A stretch of DNA of 64,000 bases from Antedon mediterranea (GCF_964355755.1 NC_092674.1:7998001-8062000); one strand, 5' to 3'. Counted from the first letter of the stretch, positions 23,901-37,609 are shown. The notes: a model not told the origin generated them from the sequence alone. Made by a program: numbers and translations.

Positions 23901-26900
23901 TATATTTCTATTAGTTATGTGAGCTAAAAGAAAATAAGAAAATATGTTATTATGAGTGATACTATTTGTAATTAATGTCACGTCAAAGCTTGTTTCAAAC
24001 GGATCCAAACATCAAATCAGTATAATTTATTTATTACTACTACTGTAGGCCTACTAGTACTAAATCCTAATAATTTCGTTTTGTATGGAAGCGAATTACT
24101 TTTTACTAAAGTAAACCCAACAGAGATAATTGGATTGTTTTTAGTTAAATGTTTTTAAAATTGTTATTTCACATTCATTTTATTAATCACGGTTATTATA
24201 GGGCCTACATTTGATTCTGTCAAGGATATGTGGAAAATGATCTGGAATGAGAAGTCTATGATTGTTGTTATGGTTCTAGAAAGAAAAAAGGCAGGTTATT
24301 TGGTTACCAAAACAGTATCCCAACACTAATCCCTAAACAAATTACAGTACAACAAACATATTCTCACAGATATGGCTACACCTTTCACATCAACGTTTGT
24401 GTGGATTTGGCTTACTAACACAACAACACGATTGACAATACAGGTCTAATATTACAGATTATCAATAGAGTTTAGCTGACTCAAATGTTAAGGATAGATT
24501 GCGCCAACACACTAGTGTAGAAGTTATTAATGTTATGTTTTTATTTTAATAAAATGTATTATAACAAATTTGAAATTATCTGTTTGTATTACAGCAACAG
24601 TGTGAAAAGTATTGGCCAGACTTAGGCCATTCTAAAGACTTTGGAAGTCTTCTTGTAACCAACGCAGAAGAAACCGATTACGAGTACTATGTTCTTCGCA
24701 ACTTTAAAGTTCAACAGGTACTGTAAAGTAATATTGAAGTATTCCCCAATACAAAACTAAAACAGTATAACTTGTTAATAAGTAAGCCCATGTTTAGCAT
24801 GAATAAAATATTGGAAAGTTTTAGATATCTAGTAGAATCTACCCTAAATTAAACTATGGATTCGTTCATTAAAACTAATAATTTAACGGAAATTATTTCG
24901 CTGAAGTGTGTGGGCCCTGTAACTGGTATATAATTAATTTAATAATAATTTAAATCAAATTGTACTCTAAAGGTTGGAGAAAATAATACGATCCACAATG
25001 TGTATCAGTATCATTTTACTGAATGGCCTGACAAGAGTGTTCCCAGTACAGTCTCGCACTTGATTGATTTCATCAAGAAGTTTAGAAAAACTCAACTGAG
25101 TTATGGTACAGAAAGTGGGCCAGTCATCGTACATTGCAAGTAAGCAGATAGAGTATAATAACAATATAAAACATCCACGATTCAAACGTACAAGCAGAAT
25201 GTAAATATTTCTTTAAAAAGTTTTACAATCTTTTCAGTGTCCAATTCAGTGTATTTTCAAAAGGCTAAATCTTAACATGCAAAGAAAACTAGACGTTCTG
25301 TTTAATTTTACAATATCAGAAGTGAATCAATGCTACAAACTTTTTTAATTAAATCGATAGCATAATGTAAAATCAAATAACCTTAAAGCAATTAATGTCT
25401 AATAGTTCAGGAGCCGGTAGAAGTGGAACTTTTATAGCTATAGCAGCCATGTTGGATATGTCATATAAAGAAGGGAAAGTGGATGTCTTCAATTACGTAC
25501 GGAGTATCCAAATGGTTCAAAATAAGGTTACAATGCTTATATTATCTTATGTTTTCCTTTTCATCGTCTTCGTATTGTATTTTTCTGGTTCATTAAAAAT
25601 CTTTCTTTAATTTTTTTGTCATATTATTTAAACTTTTACACTCATTTTGTTGTAATGCTTAAAAAGTGAACGATTTTAAATTACTATCAGTAGGCCTACA
25701 CTCTACACAATGCTTTCATTACTTGCAGTTTTCCAAATTAGGTCCTACTTGTACAAATAAACATTATTATTTACTATTGGTTTCTTTATTCTTTATTACT
25801 GACCCTTTTAAAAACCTTTTTTAACCTATCTATAAGTTAAGTTGTTTGTTGTTTATATATAGGAGCAATATACATTTATCTATGCAGTTTTACTTGAAGA
25901 GTGGTTCTGTGGACAGACTGTCATTCCCGTGGGTGACATACAAAAAATAATACAAAAACAAAAATTGAAAACTTCCTCAGATTTTGAATACCAACTGAAG
26001 GTAATGGTAGTTTATTCAAATCATAGTTAAATTGTAAAATGAATGATTTTAAAAAGAGGGAAACCAGTGATTGAAGTTCATATACAAAAACTACGCAATG
26101 TAACGAGTAATTATATTGTATTACAATATGCGATTCAGTTAATGTGATGGTAATGGTAATTTGAATGTAATGATGTCATACATATGATGTCATCATCATT
26201 CGAAATTAATCAGGATGATGACAAAACAGTTACGATGCTGATGAAAATGATATACGGTAACTATGACAAATATGATTTTTAAAATAACTTGTTTATTGGA
26301 TATAACATTTTTTTTAACTTGCAGACTTTGAATAGTTTGTTTCCACGTCCTTCGGATGGTCTTACATCACATGCCAGACGACAAATCAATGGAGACATAT
26401 CTCAAGATGTTTTGCTCTGTAAGTTGGATCGATCTATGTTTTAGAGTGTAGATTACATTGTCAAAGACAATAAATGAAAAGTAAAACTAATCAAGAAAGA
26501 TCTTAGATCGTGGTTACTAATAAGTTTGTTATTTGTTTAGTAACTAAGGGATGCTTCAATTCAGAAGTTGACAGTGATGGTGATTACGTTAACGCTTCGT
26601 TTATTGAGGTAAGTACAATTAGGAAAGATACAACGTGTGTACTTTTTACTGTAATGTCTTGCTTGCTGATTTACACTGTAAACGCGTCGATACTAGAAAG
26701 TGACGAAAATGATACGGCTTTTGTTTTTAATACAATTTAATTCTTGCTTTACACTGTAAACGCGTAACTATAAAGTGAAAGGGTACAACGTTTTCTTACA
26801 GCATAGCCTACACATCAGTAGGACTATTCATTGAGTGCGTGCTTGTGCCCTGACGCTCAAAATTGTGTTTTAGTCATGTAGTTGTACACCTTCTATTTCT

Positions 26901-28170
26901 TAGAATTGGAAGTATGGACATGCATATATCGTTACACGGACCCCATTTACCGACGACGGCAGTGTCGATTTCTGGCGTTTGATGGTTGACTCTAAATCTG
27001 ACATCATAGTGCAACTAAATGATATGGAAGATCAATCGTGCGTGTACCTCTCAAATAAGATCAATCAAAAACAGACAGTTGGTGAATTTACGGTCAATAT
27101 CAAGTCAACGCATCAGTACGATTTTTTTACCAAGAAAAAAATCATTCTAGAAAAGGTTGTTGTCCTGTAGTATGTTGCGATTTATCGGAAAGCACAAACG
27201 AGAATCAAGAGTATTAGATAAATATAACCAAATTTTTCAAACAGATTCTGCCCTTGTTGGTTCCTAGATATGGTATGATTCTAGATGTGATGGTGGTTCA
27301 TTATGTACATCTAATTATATAATAATATTTATGTTTTCTTTAAGGATAATAGAAAACAACGAATTTGTCAGTATGATGTTAACCAATGGCCAACAAACAA
27401 ACTTGTTCCCGACGTTGATGCATTTGTTAAATTCATTAGAACAGTAATGCAGCGAGGTGGTTCTTCATTGCCAATCACTGTTCAATGCAAGTAAGAAGAA
27501 CATTAAAAAGTATAGTATCTGAAATTATGGTGGTTGGTTAATTAGTTGGTTAGGTAGTTCCAGATATGATCCGTGACAGTAGTTCTAAAATCACCCCGAT
27601 AAGAATGTCTTTCCTTAGGAAACATTCACTTCTATTTCCACAAACTATAGGGAGCAAACACAGTTTAAACTTTGACTAAACCAAGTGACTGAAAGAAAGA
27701 CTAGAGAAATTTCATTTCTATTTAACCACGACAAGTCGTGAGAAATAACGGACTGTAATTAGATCATGTTTTAACTGCACGATTGTCTAAAAGAAAAACT
27801 TGTAGAATGTACATTTTTCTTTAGAGACGGTGTTGGTAGATCAGGATTATTCTGCCTAGTTTATTCAGTGATCCAGAAAATGCGAGAAGACAAGGTGGTG
27901 GATGCATTCCAAACACTTAAAGCATTGCGGTCAGCATCCCCATCTATGGTGGACACCGAGGTAAGTTTCTATTTTTTCTTTGTTTGATGTAGGTTTTTTA
28001 ATTTTTTTTTTTTTCATGCCAAATTCCGTACGATAATACTTTCGGTCATTTTGTTGAAAACTGTTTTTGTATAAAGTACACTTTAAATTATTTTGTTTTG
28101 TATATTCTAGGTCCAGTACAATTTTTGCTACGATGCAGCCCTGCGTTATCTGCAAATATACTCGGAATGA
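17999..28170 (+). CDS. Receptor-type protein tyrosine phosphatase, Tie-like ectodomain, copy 1 (exons 4-27; exons 1-3 not in window)
   Basis: Exons: 17999-18133, 18226-18369 (GC donor), 18981-19112, 19453-19593 (EGF-like); 20048-20359, 20838-20905, 21115-21355, 21769-22083 (FN3); 22386-22461 (TM, YILVASGSLLFAITTVAIMLVIFKR); 22557-22836, 23100-23190, 23428-23492, 23733-23769, 24202-24290 (GC donor), 24595-24717, 24973-25139, 25406-25526, 25863-26000, 26325-26418, 26541-26608, 26904-27155, 27345-27490, 27825-27960, 28111-28170 (TGA). Phases are consistent and in frame. D1 has WPD and HCNSGAGRSG; D2 has QCKDGVGRSG. AATAAA at 28190. Confidence 0.88.
20498..20610 (+). mobile_element. Short DINE/Helentron-like non-autonomous element
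   Basis: GCGTGCGCGACTCTAC, then (GTCG)n-like microsatellite, then inverted GCGCACGCGAC, ending in a T-run. A reverse-complement relative lies at about 56436-56525. Confidence 0.5.
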
Positions 28171-28927
28171 GTGAAGTGGACAGAACTACAATAAATGTAT
28201 AATTGCTGTTCAAAGCGTTGGAGCATTTTCAATGTACATACATTGTAAGGGTGAATAGATCCAACGATGGACAAAATGACACTTTCCCGACGGCGATTCA
28301 ACGCCAGAAATAAAATAAAAACCGTGAGCTAGAATCTAGTTAGAAAAAAGGAAAACGCTCGTAATTGAATTGACAACGTAAAAGTGAACTCTAGCTCAAG
28401 GAAAGTCTAAGTCACAGTAGGATAGATTGAATAAATCATTGGGTTAGTACAGAAAAGAGTCTGGTGTTCCTTAAACAATGTAAATACTGCAGACCCTGGC
28501 AAGAATTAATAAAGCATTACTACCAATATAAGGTATCTAGTGTAGATTATTTGTTCTTTTTTTAATAAAAATGTAGCATTGCTGTTAAATAGCAATGTGT
28601 GTAATAAAGGCTTTTGGTTTGATTTAGTTTAATAGGCTTTAATTACACAACATATATTGTAACGTAATCTAACTTGCAAATCATGTGAAGTTTTTATTGA
28701 AAAAGCACACACAACCACATTCACTGCTCAGTAGATAGAGTACATCATCATCACATATGAAGAGAAATAATGTTACACTATGAGCCTCGAATATAGAATA
28801 AAATATATTTACTTTGACACTGACCTCTATGTGTATTTATAAATATTCCTTGATCTTGTAACACCAAAAACGACATAATATTCCACAAAGCAAACTGCTA
28901 AGATATATAAGATAAGATAAGACTACT

Positions 28928-29425
28928 GTATGGTGCGTCAACAGTAGTTACAATCTATTCCATTAGTTAAAACATTCCTGTAATATTATTTCAATCTCCA
29001 TTATTGTGTACAAATAAGACGGAAAATTCAAAACCATGTCCACGTACTATTGAGATACAACACACTGACGTAACGTGTATGGTGCGTCAACAGTAGTTAC
29101 AATCTATTCCATTAGTCAAAACATTCCCGTAATATTATTTCAATCTCCATTATTGTGCACAAATTATAAGAAACAACTACGTCTTTAGTGACGAAAATTT
29201 AAAACCATGTCCACGTGCTATTGAGATACAACACACTGACGTAACGTGTATGGTGCGTCAACAGTAGTTACAATCTATTCCATTAGTCAAAACATTCCCG
29301 TAATATTATTTCAATCTCCATTATTGTGCACAAATAAGACATAAGAAACAACTACGTCTTTAATGCCGAAAATTCAAAACCATGTCCACGTACTATTACA
29401 ATACAACACACTGACGTAACGTATA
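28928..29425. repeat. Tandem repeat, 3 copies of about 150-175 bp
   Basis: GTATGGTGCGTCAACAGTAGTTACAATCTATTCCATTAG starts at about 28928, 29077 and 29247. Confidence 0.9.
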
Positions 29426-29601
29426 TTTAAATGTTGATTTCCTATATCTTACAACAAAACATATTTCCACAAAGCAATCTGCTAAAAACCATGCAACAAC
29501 AGCTAAAAAAATGTCAGTAAAATATAAATTATAACGAGCCAAGAATGACAAGCGATCATTGTCTTATCCTGTTTTTCATCATTTATCATTTTAATGTAGG
29601 A

Positions 29602-29680
29602 GTGAGGACGATCAAAGCATATTGATCGAAACGTCGAGAAACTCGACAGTTTTAACTAACAGTGGTGTACCGCAAACTTC
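29602..29680 (+). other. Degenerate minimal hammerhead-like motif (Penelope-type remnant)
   Basis: (G)TGAGGA-C-GATCAA-agcata-TTGATC-GAAAC-GTC matches the CUGANGA/stem II/GAAA/NUH layout except C3>G. Confidence 0.4.
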
Positions 29681-30918
29681 ATACAAGATACAAGATACAA
29701 GATACAAGATAACTTTATTGTCAAAATTGTTAACAATTTCGAGATATTTTTTGTACCTGAGTAGAATAAATAATACGATGTGATAACTAAATAAATAAAT
29801 ACAAATGATACAAGTGACTAACTTGAAAAGGTTTTGTTAAATAAATTGCATGCTATGTACATTGGTGAAAATCTGAAACGGTTTGTGGATATTTTTTTCT
29901 GTGTCAGTCTAACCCTTCCTGATCTACTTATGATGTCTGAATGTAATGGGTGTGATGGGTCTTGCATAATTGTGTCAAATTTCTGAAGTATGAATGTATT
30001 AAACATTTCATCTAAAGGTTTCACTTCTACACCGATAGATGGCCTTATTTACTAATCTTTGAATTTGACTTTTATTGTTTACATTGATATGAGAAAACCA
30101 AACAATAATACAATAAGAAATGATTGATTGAACAACAGAGGAATAAAACATATGAATGAAATGAGAACTAACATTAAACCGTTTCATTTTGTATATAAAG
30201 TACATTCTCTTATTAGCCTTGGTACGGAGTTCTTTAGTGTTGCTCTCCCAATTTAGTTTATTATCAATTATTAATCCCAAGTACTTATGACTTTCTACTA
30301 TTTCAACAATTTCATTATCAATTTCAATATTTACATGATTTGTTTTATTTTTCTTTCTAAAATCGACAATAACCTCTTTAGTTTTTTTTTGCATTTAGTT
30401 CAAGAAATTTACACCAGACTACAAATTGTTCAACATATTCATTAATTCAATTCAACTTTATTTCAGACAAACTGTCCATATATTATTGATTACTATAGTT
30501 TACAAAAACAACACATTATTATGGCTATACTGATACTAAAAAGTAAAAGTATACATGAGATTATATATACAAAAGTTCTGTCCATTTTCTATGCAACTTT
30601 GAATCTTTTAGAATACGAGAAAATACACATGTAATTAAAGTATTACAGCTTTTTTCAATTTTTGTTTTGAAACAAAAAATTGATTTCCGAATGTACTCAT
30701 AGAAAGAGGGAACATGGTTATCAACAAACATAGCACTAGCACTACAGCTCCTTGAGCGTCTTAAAATCTTTCTAAGTGCGTTATTATAACAGACCTGTAA
30801 TGACTTTATAGTTTTTACATTAAAACCGCACCATAAGGCCGCACAATACATACTAATACAGTATGACTTAAACAAAGTAATCTTAACATCTGTTGAGCAT
30901 TTACTAAATTTTCTACAA

Positions 30919-32242
30919 CTAGATGGTACGCTCGCTTCGCTCGCGTACCATCTAGGTCGTGCCCACAGATGGTTCTCGAATACACAGTAATTTCAGGGTA
31001 AAAAATCTGGCGATTTTAAATGCACGTACCGCAGGACTATAATACATTGTCGTTTACAGAAACGAATAAGTAGATGATTTATGTAGTCAACCAAAATTAG
31101 CACCCTGGGAATTACTTCCGAAAGAGAAACTTACCACAAAATGAGTCCAAATTGTTTGTTCATTTAAAGAAACCCAATTAGGGTTGAGGGATGGGAAAGA
31201 GGATAGGTACAAAGAGGAACAATTTTTAAATATATTCTTTATCCACGTCAGTAACGAAATCGGGAACGAAATATTGTTTTTATTTTTTATAGGCCTATAA
31301 ATAATATACCACTAACGGTGACTAAATATAGTAAAACATTTGCGATTTAATACTTTGTTAAAACTGTCACTGTCATAGTCGTTTGAAATAGTAAAGTACA
31401 TGTAACGATACACCACTACGACGTTTATATTTTTTGTAATTATTAATTAATGCAAACGTTGAGAAGCAACTGTCAGTAATAAAGTTTATTTGTATATTAC
31501 GTGTTTATATATCTAACAGTAGAGCCTACCCATAATCACAGTAATAAAGTTTATTTGTATATATTTTTTTACATCTAACAGTATTCACAGTAAGACATGT
31601 TTGTATATATTTTTTTACATCTAACAGTATTCACAGTAAGAAATGTTCGATTCAAATGACGACCAAAAATGGTTAATAGGTATTTGCAGTACTGTATTGT
31701 CAAAGTATTGCAAGTTTATTCTCCAAGGGCTCATAAATTTACCTACTTGTGTTAAACCAAACTGGCTGACTGAGAGATTGGAATGTTCCATTCATCGCAA
31801 ATCAATACATTTGTAAAAACGTAAATTAAATCTATCAAAATAGTATTTTTCAAAGAAAATCGGCCTGTCTTCAACATTATGATGCTGTACTCGAGCAGTT
31901 CAACCGGTTTTCAGCTATTAAAAACAATTATCGTAGGAGGAGATAGGAAAATGCGAAGCGTGCTCGTATTATTGTGTGCGGGTATTTTTCAAGTTGGACA
32001 TCCATTAGACAGTGTATACCACGATCGGAAAACACCCCTATTTGGGGCAAATCGTTGAACCTAAATTCGTTTTAATCGTCAATAACTGATTATCTAACTC
32101 AATTTAATTAGTAAACAGGGTTACATCAGGTGGTTAAAATCAGTACCGAAAGTATGAACCAACTTTATATACCATCGAGTAAAAATTCTAGAAATAAACC
32201 GCGATTTATCGAATTTTGCCCTTACGTAAATTTATATATAGA
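30919..32242 (-). mobile_element. Non-autonomous Helitron, copy A
   Basis: Minus strand starts TCTATATATAAATTTACGTAAGGGC and ends in the hairpin CTAGATGGTACGC-11 nt-GCGTACCATCTAG followed by T. No TSD; removal restores the LINE frame (IRGNSL/CRKFSKC). Confidence 0.9.
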
Positions 32243-34269
32243 AGAGAGTTACCTCTAATACATAATGATCGATATTGCCTTTTAATATCCAGTTCGTCCC
32301 TAGTATCATTGCTGATAACACAACCAAGGTAGGTAGTGGATTGAACGTAATTTAGTTCTTTACCACATAGAACAGTAACATAATTACCATTCAGTTTTCT
32401 TTTCCTAGGGCAAAAACACATGCAAATTGATTTTTTTGAATTATATAATACATCAAAGTCATTAGCAAAATCCTCACATATGTTAACCATATTTTGGAGG
32501 GCATCTAAAGAGGGCGCAAGTAACACCATGTCATCTGCATAACTTAAGTTGTTGAACTTTGTATTATTGAGCTCACAACCAAAATTACAATCACTAAGCA
32601 TACTGTTTAAATTGTCAATGTAAACATTATATAACAAAGGAGACATAACACCACCCTGTCTAACGCCATTGGTAACTTTAAAACCTGAAGACATAGAGTT
32701 ACCCCATCTAACAAAAAATCGTTGATTCTCATACCAAGATTTTAGAAGTCTAATAGCAATAATGTTTGTTTCTCTCATAATTAATTGCCTGTACAGTGAC
32801 CAGTGATTGACTCGGTCAAACGCTTTACTCGCGTCGAGAAAACAAGTAAATACGGGGCTCCCATTCCTATTATAGTAATCCACTATCTGCTTAAAAACAA
32901 AGATACAAGTATCCGTTGAGTATTGACTTTTAAAAGCAAACTGGTGATCCCCTGACTTAAGGGTATCTCCACAATAATTGATTAACATTGTTTCAAATAT
33001 CTTAGATACAACAGAAGCAAGAGCTATAGGCCTATAATTATCCATACTCGTAATGTCACCAGATTTACTCTTAATTATAGGCACCAGTACAACTCGTACC
33101 ATTTCATCAGTGACATGGCCGTGGATACACATAGCATTAAAACATAAACTAAGTAAAGTAATAACATGTTTTGAAGCATACTTCAAATGCTCTGCACTAA
33201 GCCCGTCAAACCCAGGGGATTTACCACTATTGAGCTTATTTATACTATCCAATATATTACTATCAGTACAAATTTTATCATCAAAAGCAGATACATTAAT
33301 TTCATTAAGATGTCTTTCAACATAAATTCTATGAGTATCATTGTTAACACAATTGAAAAGCTTCTCATAATGATCAGCCCATGTTTTACATATATTATTA
33401 TCCCCTCTAACATCATTAATAATGTTAGATGAACCAGAAGATGAGTTGTTCATACGCTTTACGTTATTCCAAAAACTGTTAAAATCGTTATTAATATAAG
33501 AGTTCGCAATCTTATCAGCTCAAAGTTGCTCTTCATTCTGTCTGCAGTTCCGAAGAGCCAGTTTAAAACGAGATCTAGCAACTTTCATGGTATCAAATAA
33601 AGGACCATGTCTAGGTTTCCCATTAAATTTCCACAACAAGAAAGCTTCCCTAGCTATATCATGAGCTTCCGAAACATAGTCGTTCAAACCGGGAACAACG
33701 TTAAAAGATTTTTTGACACATGTGAGCCCGATAAACAAAAACAAGGAAACAAGTATTGGTTGTAAAGTTATTTAATATGAATGGCAAGTCATCGTTGCAG
33801 CATGCACGTAAAAGGAAAACATAAAAAAGGAACATTGGGATGCTCTGAAAGGGCCAAAACACATGTCTCAAAATCGTAATTGAAAACAAAATAAAGAGGG
33901 AGTGGAGGGAGGGAAGTGAAAATTATTTTACTTAGCCAAAAACTGGCGTGGTAATCTGTTGACAGCGTGAGGTGAAGAGGATGAGATGCTCACGCTGTCA
34001 AAAGATGATTGCGAGGGCGCCCCGCAATCACGTGATTTTGACACATGTGAGCCCGATAAACAAAAACAAGGAAACAAGTATTGGTTGTAAAGTTATTTAA
34101 TATGAATGGCAAGTCATCGTTGCAGCATGCACGTAAAAGGAAAACATAAAAAAGGAACATTGGGATGCTCTGAAAGGGCCAACACAGTTGGCAACGAAGG
34201 GGCCAACGAAGCAGCCCAAATTAAGTGCAGGTAGAACCGATGACAAGCCATTCAGATGATGGTGCAACA

Positions 34270-34690
34270 TATGTTGACACCCAGAACGTATAGAAACTAT
34301 CTACATAGTCTACCTGGAGCAACATGTGTTGACTCCAGTACCCGGTTGACCATTAGCGCCTGATAGGTGGAGCAACCAAATATTGACATCGAAAAACGTA
34401 TAGAAACACCTACATTAGTCTACCTGGAGCAACATGTGTTGACTCCAGTACATGTTTAAACATTTTAATTAGGTAGGCAGTGTAATCAAATGTTGGCACC
34501 GAAAAACGTATAGAAACAATCTACATTAGTCTGCCTGGGGCAACATGTGTTGACTCCAGTACGCGTTTGAGAATTGAGTTTAATAAACGGTGCAACACCG
34601 AAAACATATAAATAACTTATAAGTCTACCTGGAGCAACGTGTTGACTCCGATTGAACATATGATTATAATTGGCGGTGCAACCTATGCTG
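34270..34690. repeat. About 110-bp degenerate tandem repeat (4 copies) in the 3' region of the DIRS element
   Basis: Recurrent GTATAGAAAC...AGTCTACCTGGAGCAACATGTGTTGACTCCAGTAC. Confidence 0.8.
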
Positions 34691-37573
34691 TCACCGAAAG
34701 AAAACAAAAATAAAATAAGTAAAACGATATACAGAAAAAATAAGTATCAAACTTTGTTTAAGCTTGACGCTTAATACCCAGTCATGCTTAGGAAATATGC
34801 CAACCAGCCAGCACCCATATTTACAATGCTGTATTTGACAAAGTTATGTGGTTCGACCATCGTCCAAAAATCAAAATGTCTTGGTGAGAGTGTCAAAGTT
34901 GGTGAAGGTCGGTAGCTCGACCGATTCTGAAAGAATGAGTGTTAAACTGTGTATGTTCCAGACTAGCATGGCGAGCTAATTGTTTATAGCATTAGTGTGT
35001 GTTCTGCGGCCTTGGAGACTACTGCTTCACTGGCTCTGAGGCATGCGAAGTAACATATTATGAACAAGGCTCTGTATAGGATGAATTCGTATTTGGATTT
35101 CATGCTACCTCGCATATGTCCAATTAGCGTTACAAGAATGTCGGAGGTGACCGGCGGTCTGATCGGTTTGGATGGAGTTCGTTTTTTGTTTCGCTACTCC
35201 TCTGCATAAATTGCTGACTGCTGGATTTGCGGTAACGTCTTCCATAAATGATACCCTGTGCACGAATGACACTGGGCTAAGGTAGTTTCGAATCGTGGAA
35301 ATCGCCAGTGCATTTTTAGTCAGCTTACTTACATAGAGAACAATTGTCTGTGGAGTCGCTGGTAGCGGAAGGCTTAGTGATTTCCCGAATTGGTTAAAAT
35401 GGTGCCATTTGCTTTTATAGTTACTAGCGGTTCATTTACTTAATGAGTTCCACATTAGCTCTCGTGTGAGGATCTTGAGTTGTTTAGTGGTTCAAAGTAG
35501 ATTGGTTGTAAGTGTTTTGGTATCTTTAGCGGTGTGCGGTTCATACTGTGCTCCTCTAGCATGGCCTCCGTTTCCTGAAAACGAGAAAGAGCGTCACATA
35601 TCCTGTTTTGCTTACCAGGGATGTGCCTGGCTGTAAACTGAATGTTGTTTAGTAGTAACAAAAGGACGATAGCGCGAACTACTCTCATGACCTTTTCGTT
35701 TGATGACAATTTTTTGTTAAGCACATATACATCAGCTAGGTTATCACAGTGGAAAACTACATGGGTGTTGGCTAGCTGTTTTGCAAAAATCGAAAGCATG
35801 ACATAGATGGGGTAAATTTCGAGAACCATGATGTCGAACATTTTCCAAGTTTCCGGCCAGCGGCCTTGAATCCAGAACTTTTGGAAGGTCGCACCAAGTG
35901 CGGTTTTTGAGGCATCAGAGGAGAAATGTAAATGCTGCGAGTCAAATTTTTGTGGGGGTGAAAAATGGTAACGCCATTGTGTTTGCTAAGAAAGTCGGCC
36001 CAAATTTGGAGATCCTCCTTTGCTGAGTCAGAAAGGTGAATAGTTGAAAAGGGGTTAGTTAGACCGGCCGTTAGGGCATTAAGCCTTCTTAGGAACGCCA
36101 GTCCAGAGGGTATAACCCAGGTGGCAAATTGTAGCTTTTCAAAAAGATTGGGGGGGCTCTCAATGTAGTTGAGTGAAGTTTTGAACTTTAAAGGGGGTAA
36201 CGTAATTTTATTATCTCAGATGGAAGCCTGTCTTACATTTTCTGTAAATCAAGTTCAATACCCAGGAAGGAAATGGTGGTGGTGGGTGAAATTGTTTTGT
36301 GCGGTGCTAGAGGTATGCCACCGCGGTCAGCAAGCGCCTTGGATATCTTCAAGGAGTTCGCACACAGTTGGTGTGTGTCTTCAATGACGAGGATGTCGTC
36401 TAATATTTTCACGTTATTGGGCTGTTTTAACTTTTTTATAAGGAAAAATTTCACTCCGTCAGAAAACTTATTGGATATTTGACCCGAAGATCCGCCGCCT
36501 TGGGGAAGCGTTTTATCGTAGTAATACTGGCCTAACCACGTGAAACCTGTGAGGTGATATTGGCATGGCCTCCGTTTCCTGAGTGGGATGTAAATGTATT
36601 AGTCTGTATGCGTCACTGGTGTCCGTCTTGGCCATGAATGCCGGGTGATTGTGTATGTCAATTATGTCTATTGCGTTGGCAATTGTTTCGTAAAGAACTG
36701 TTATGCAAAACCCAGGGATGTTGTGATTGACAGCGTTTGAGTCGTAGGGATAGGAGAGGTTGTGGAGGATACGACATTTTTCAGGTACGGAATTTCCGGA
36801 AGGTTGTTGATGATAGCTTGGGAGTTAGTTGCTGTAAAAGCAGCCCCGTGTAAGGTAGAAGCCATGAGCGAAACATAGGGTTAAGTAAGCGTGGTGTTTG
36901 TAACCAGATAGGAGTGCGCTTATTCTAGTGGGAATTATTGGGATCCCGAGCACTGAAAAACGAGTGGCGATACTGACAGTTTGTCTGGACACATCTATTG
37001 AATCTGTTATGGTAGGAGAAGCCGAGTGGACGCTCCACGGTTGGATGGGTTAGAGGTTTATGGTTAGCTCGTTGCGTCTAGTTTATGCAGGAGGTCGGCT
37101 CGAACCGATGACCAAGAGCAAAGTGTGTACTCAGTAGCCATTCGAAATTATCAGTCGTAAAAGTACCATTAATTTGGATGACTGCGCATGAGGTATTTAA
37201 TATACTTAAAATAATTAAGATGTCCTGCGTATATTTACTTAAATAAAATTGTGGCAAAGTCGTGAAAGGCCTAGTGCCAGTTGTGTTCGTTTAAGATGCG
37301 GCATTTGGGCTTAGGCACAAGTTCAAAGGTACCAGTGAACGTTGGCGTCAAAGCTTCCGCTGCGCTGTTGAAGTCGAGCAGATTGTGCAGCTCAATGAAT
37401 TTGTGGGAGATTATTTTCTCTTTAAGTTTTTGACAAGGTAGTGGGTTTGAGGAAGAGAGCTGCCGGTAGGTTCGGCTTAGCGACATTAATCTCAACCACA
37501 GAAGTTACCAGGGTTTCGACGATATGCCTCATGTCCTTTAATTCTTATTTATGTCAAATTCAGGTACTGGCAC

Positions 37574-37609
<36 letters not shown>

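Noticed and set aside
17999-28170. Assigning a TIE/TEK or specific PTPR gene symbol
   Set aside because: No kinase domain, and the architecture matches no vertebrate PTPR subtype I can recognise; orthology needs phylogeny.
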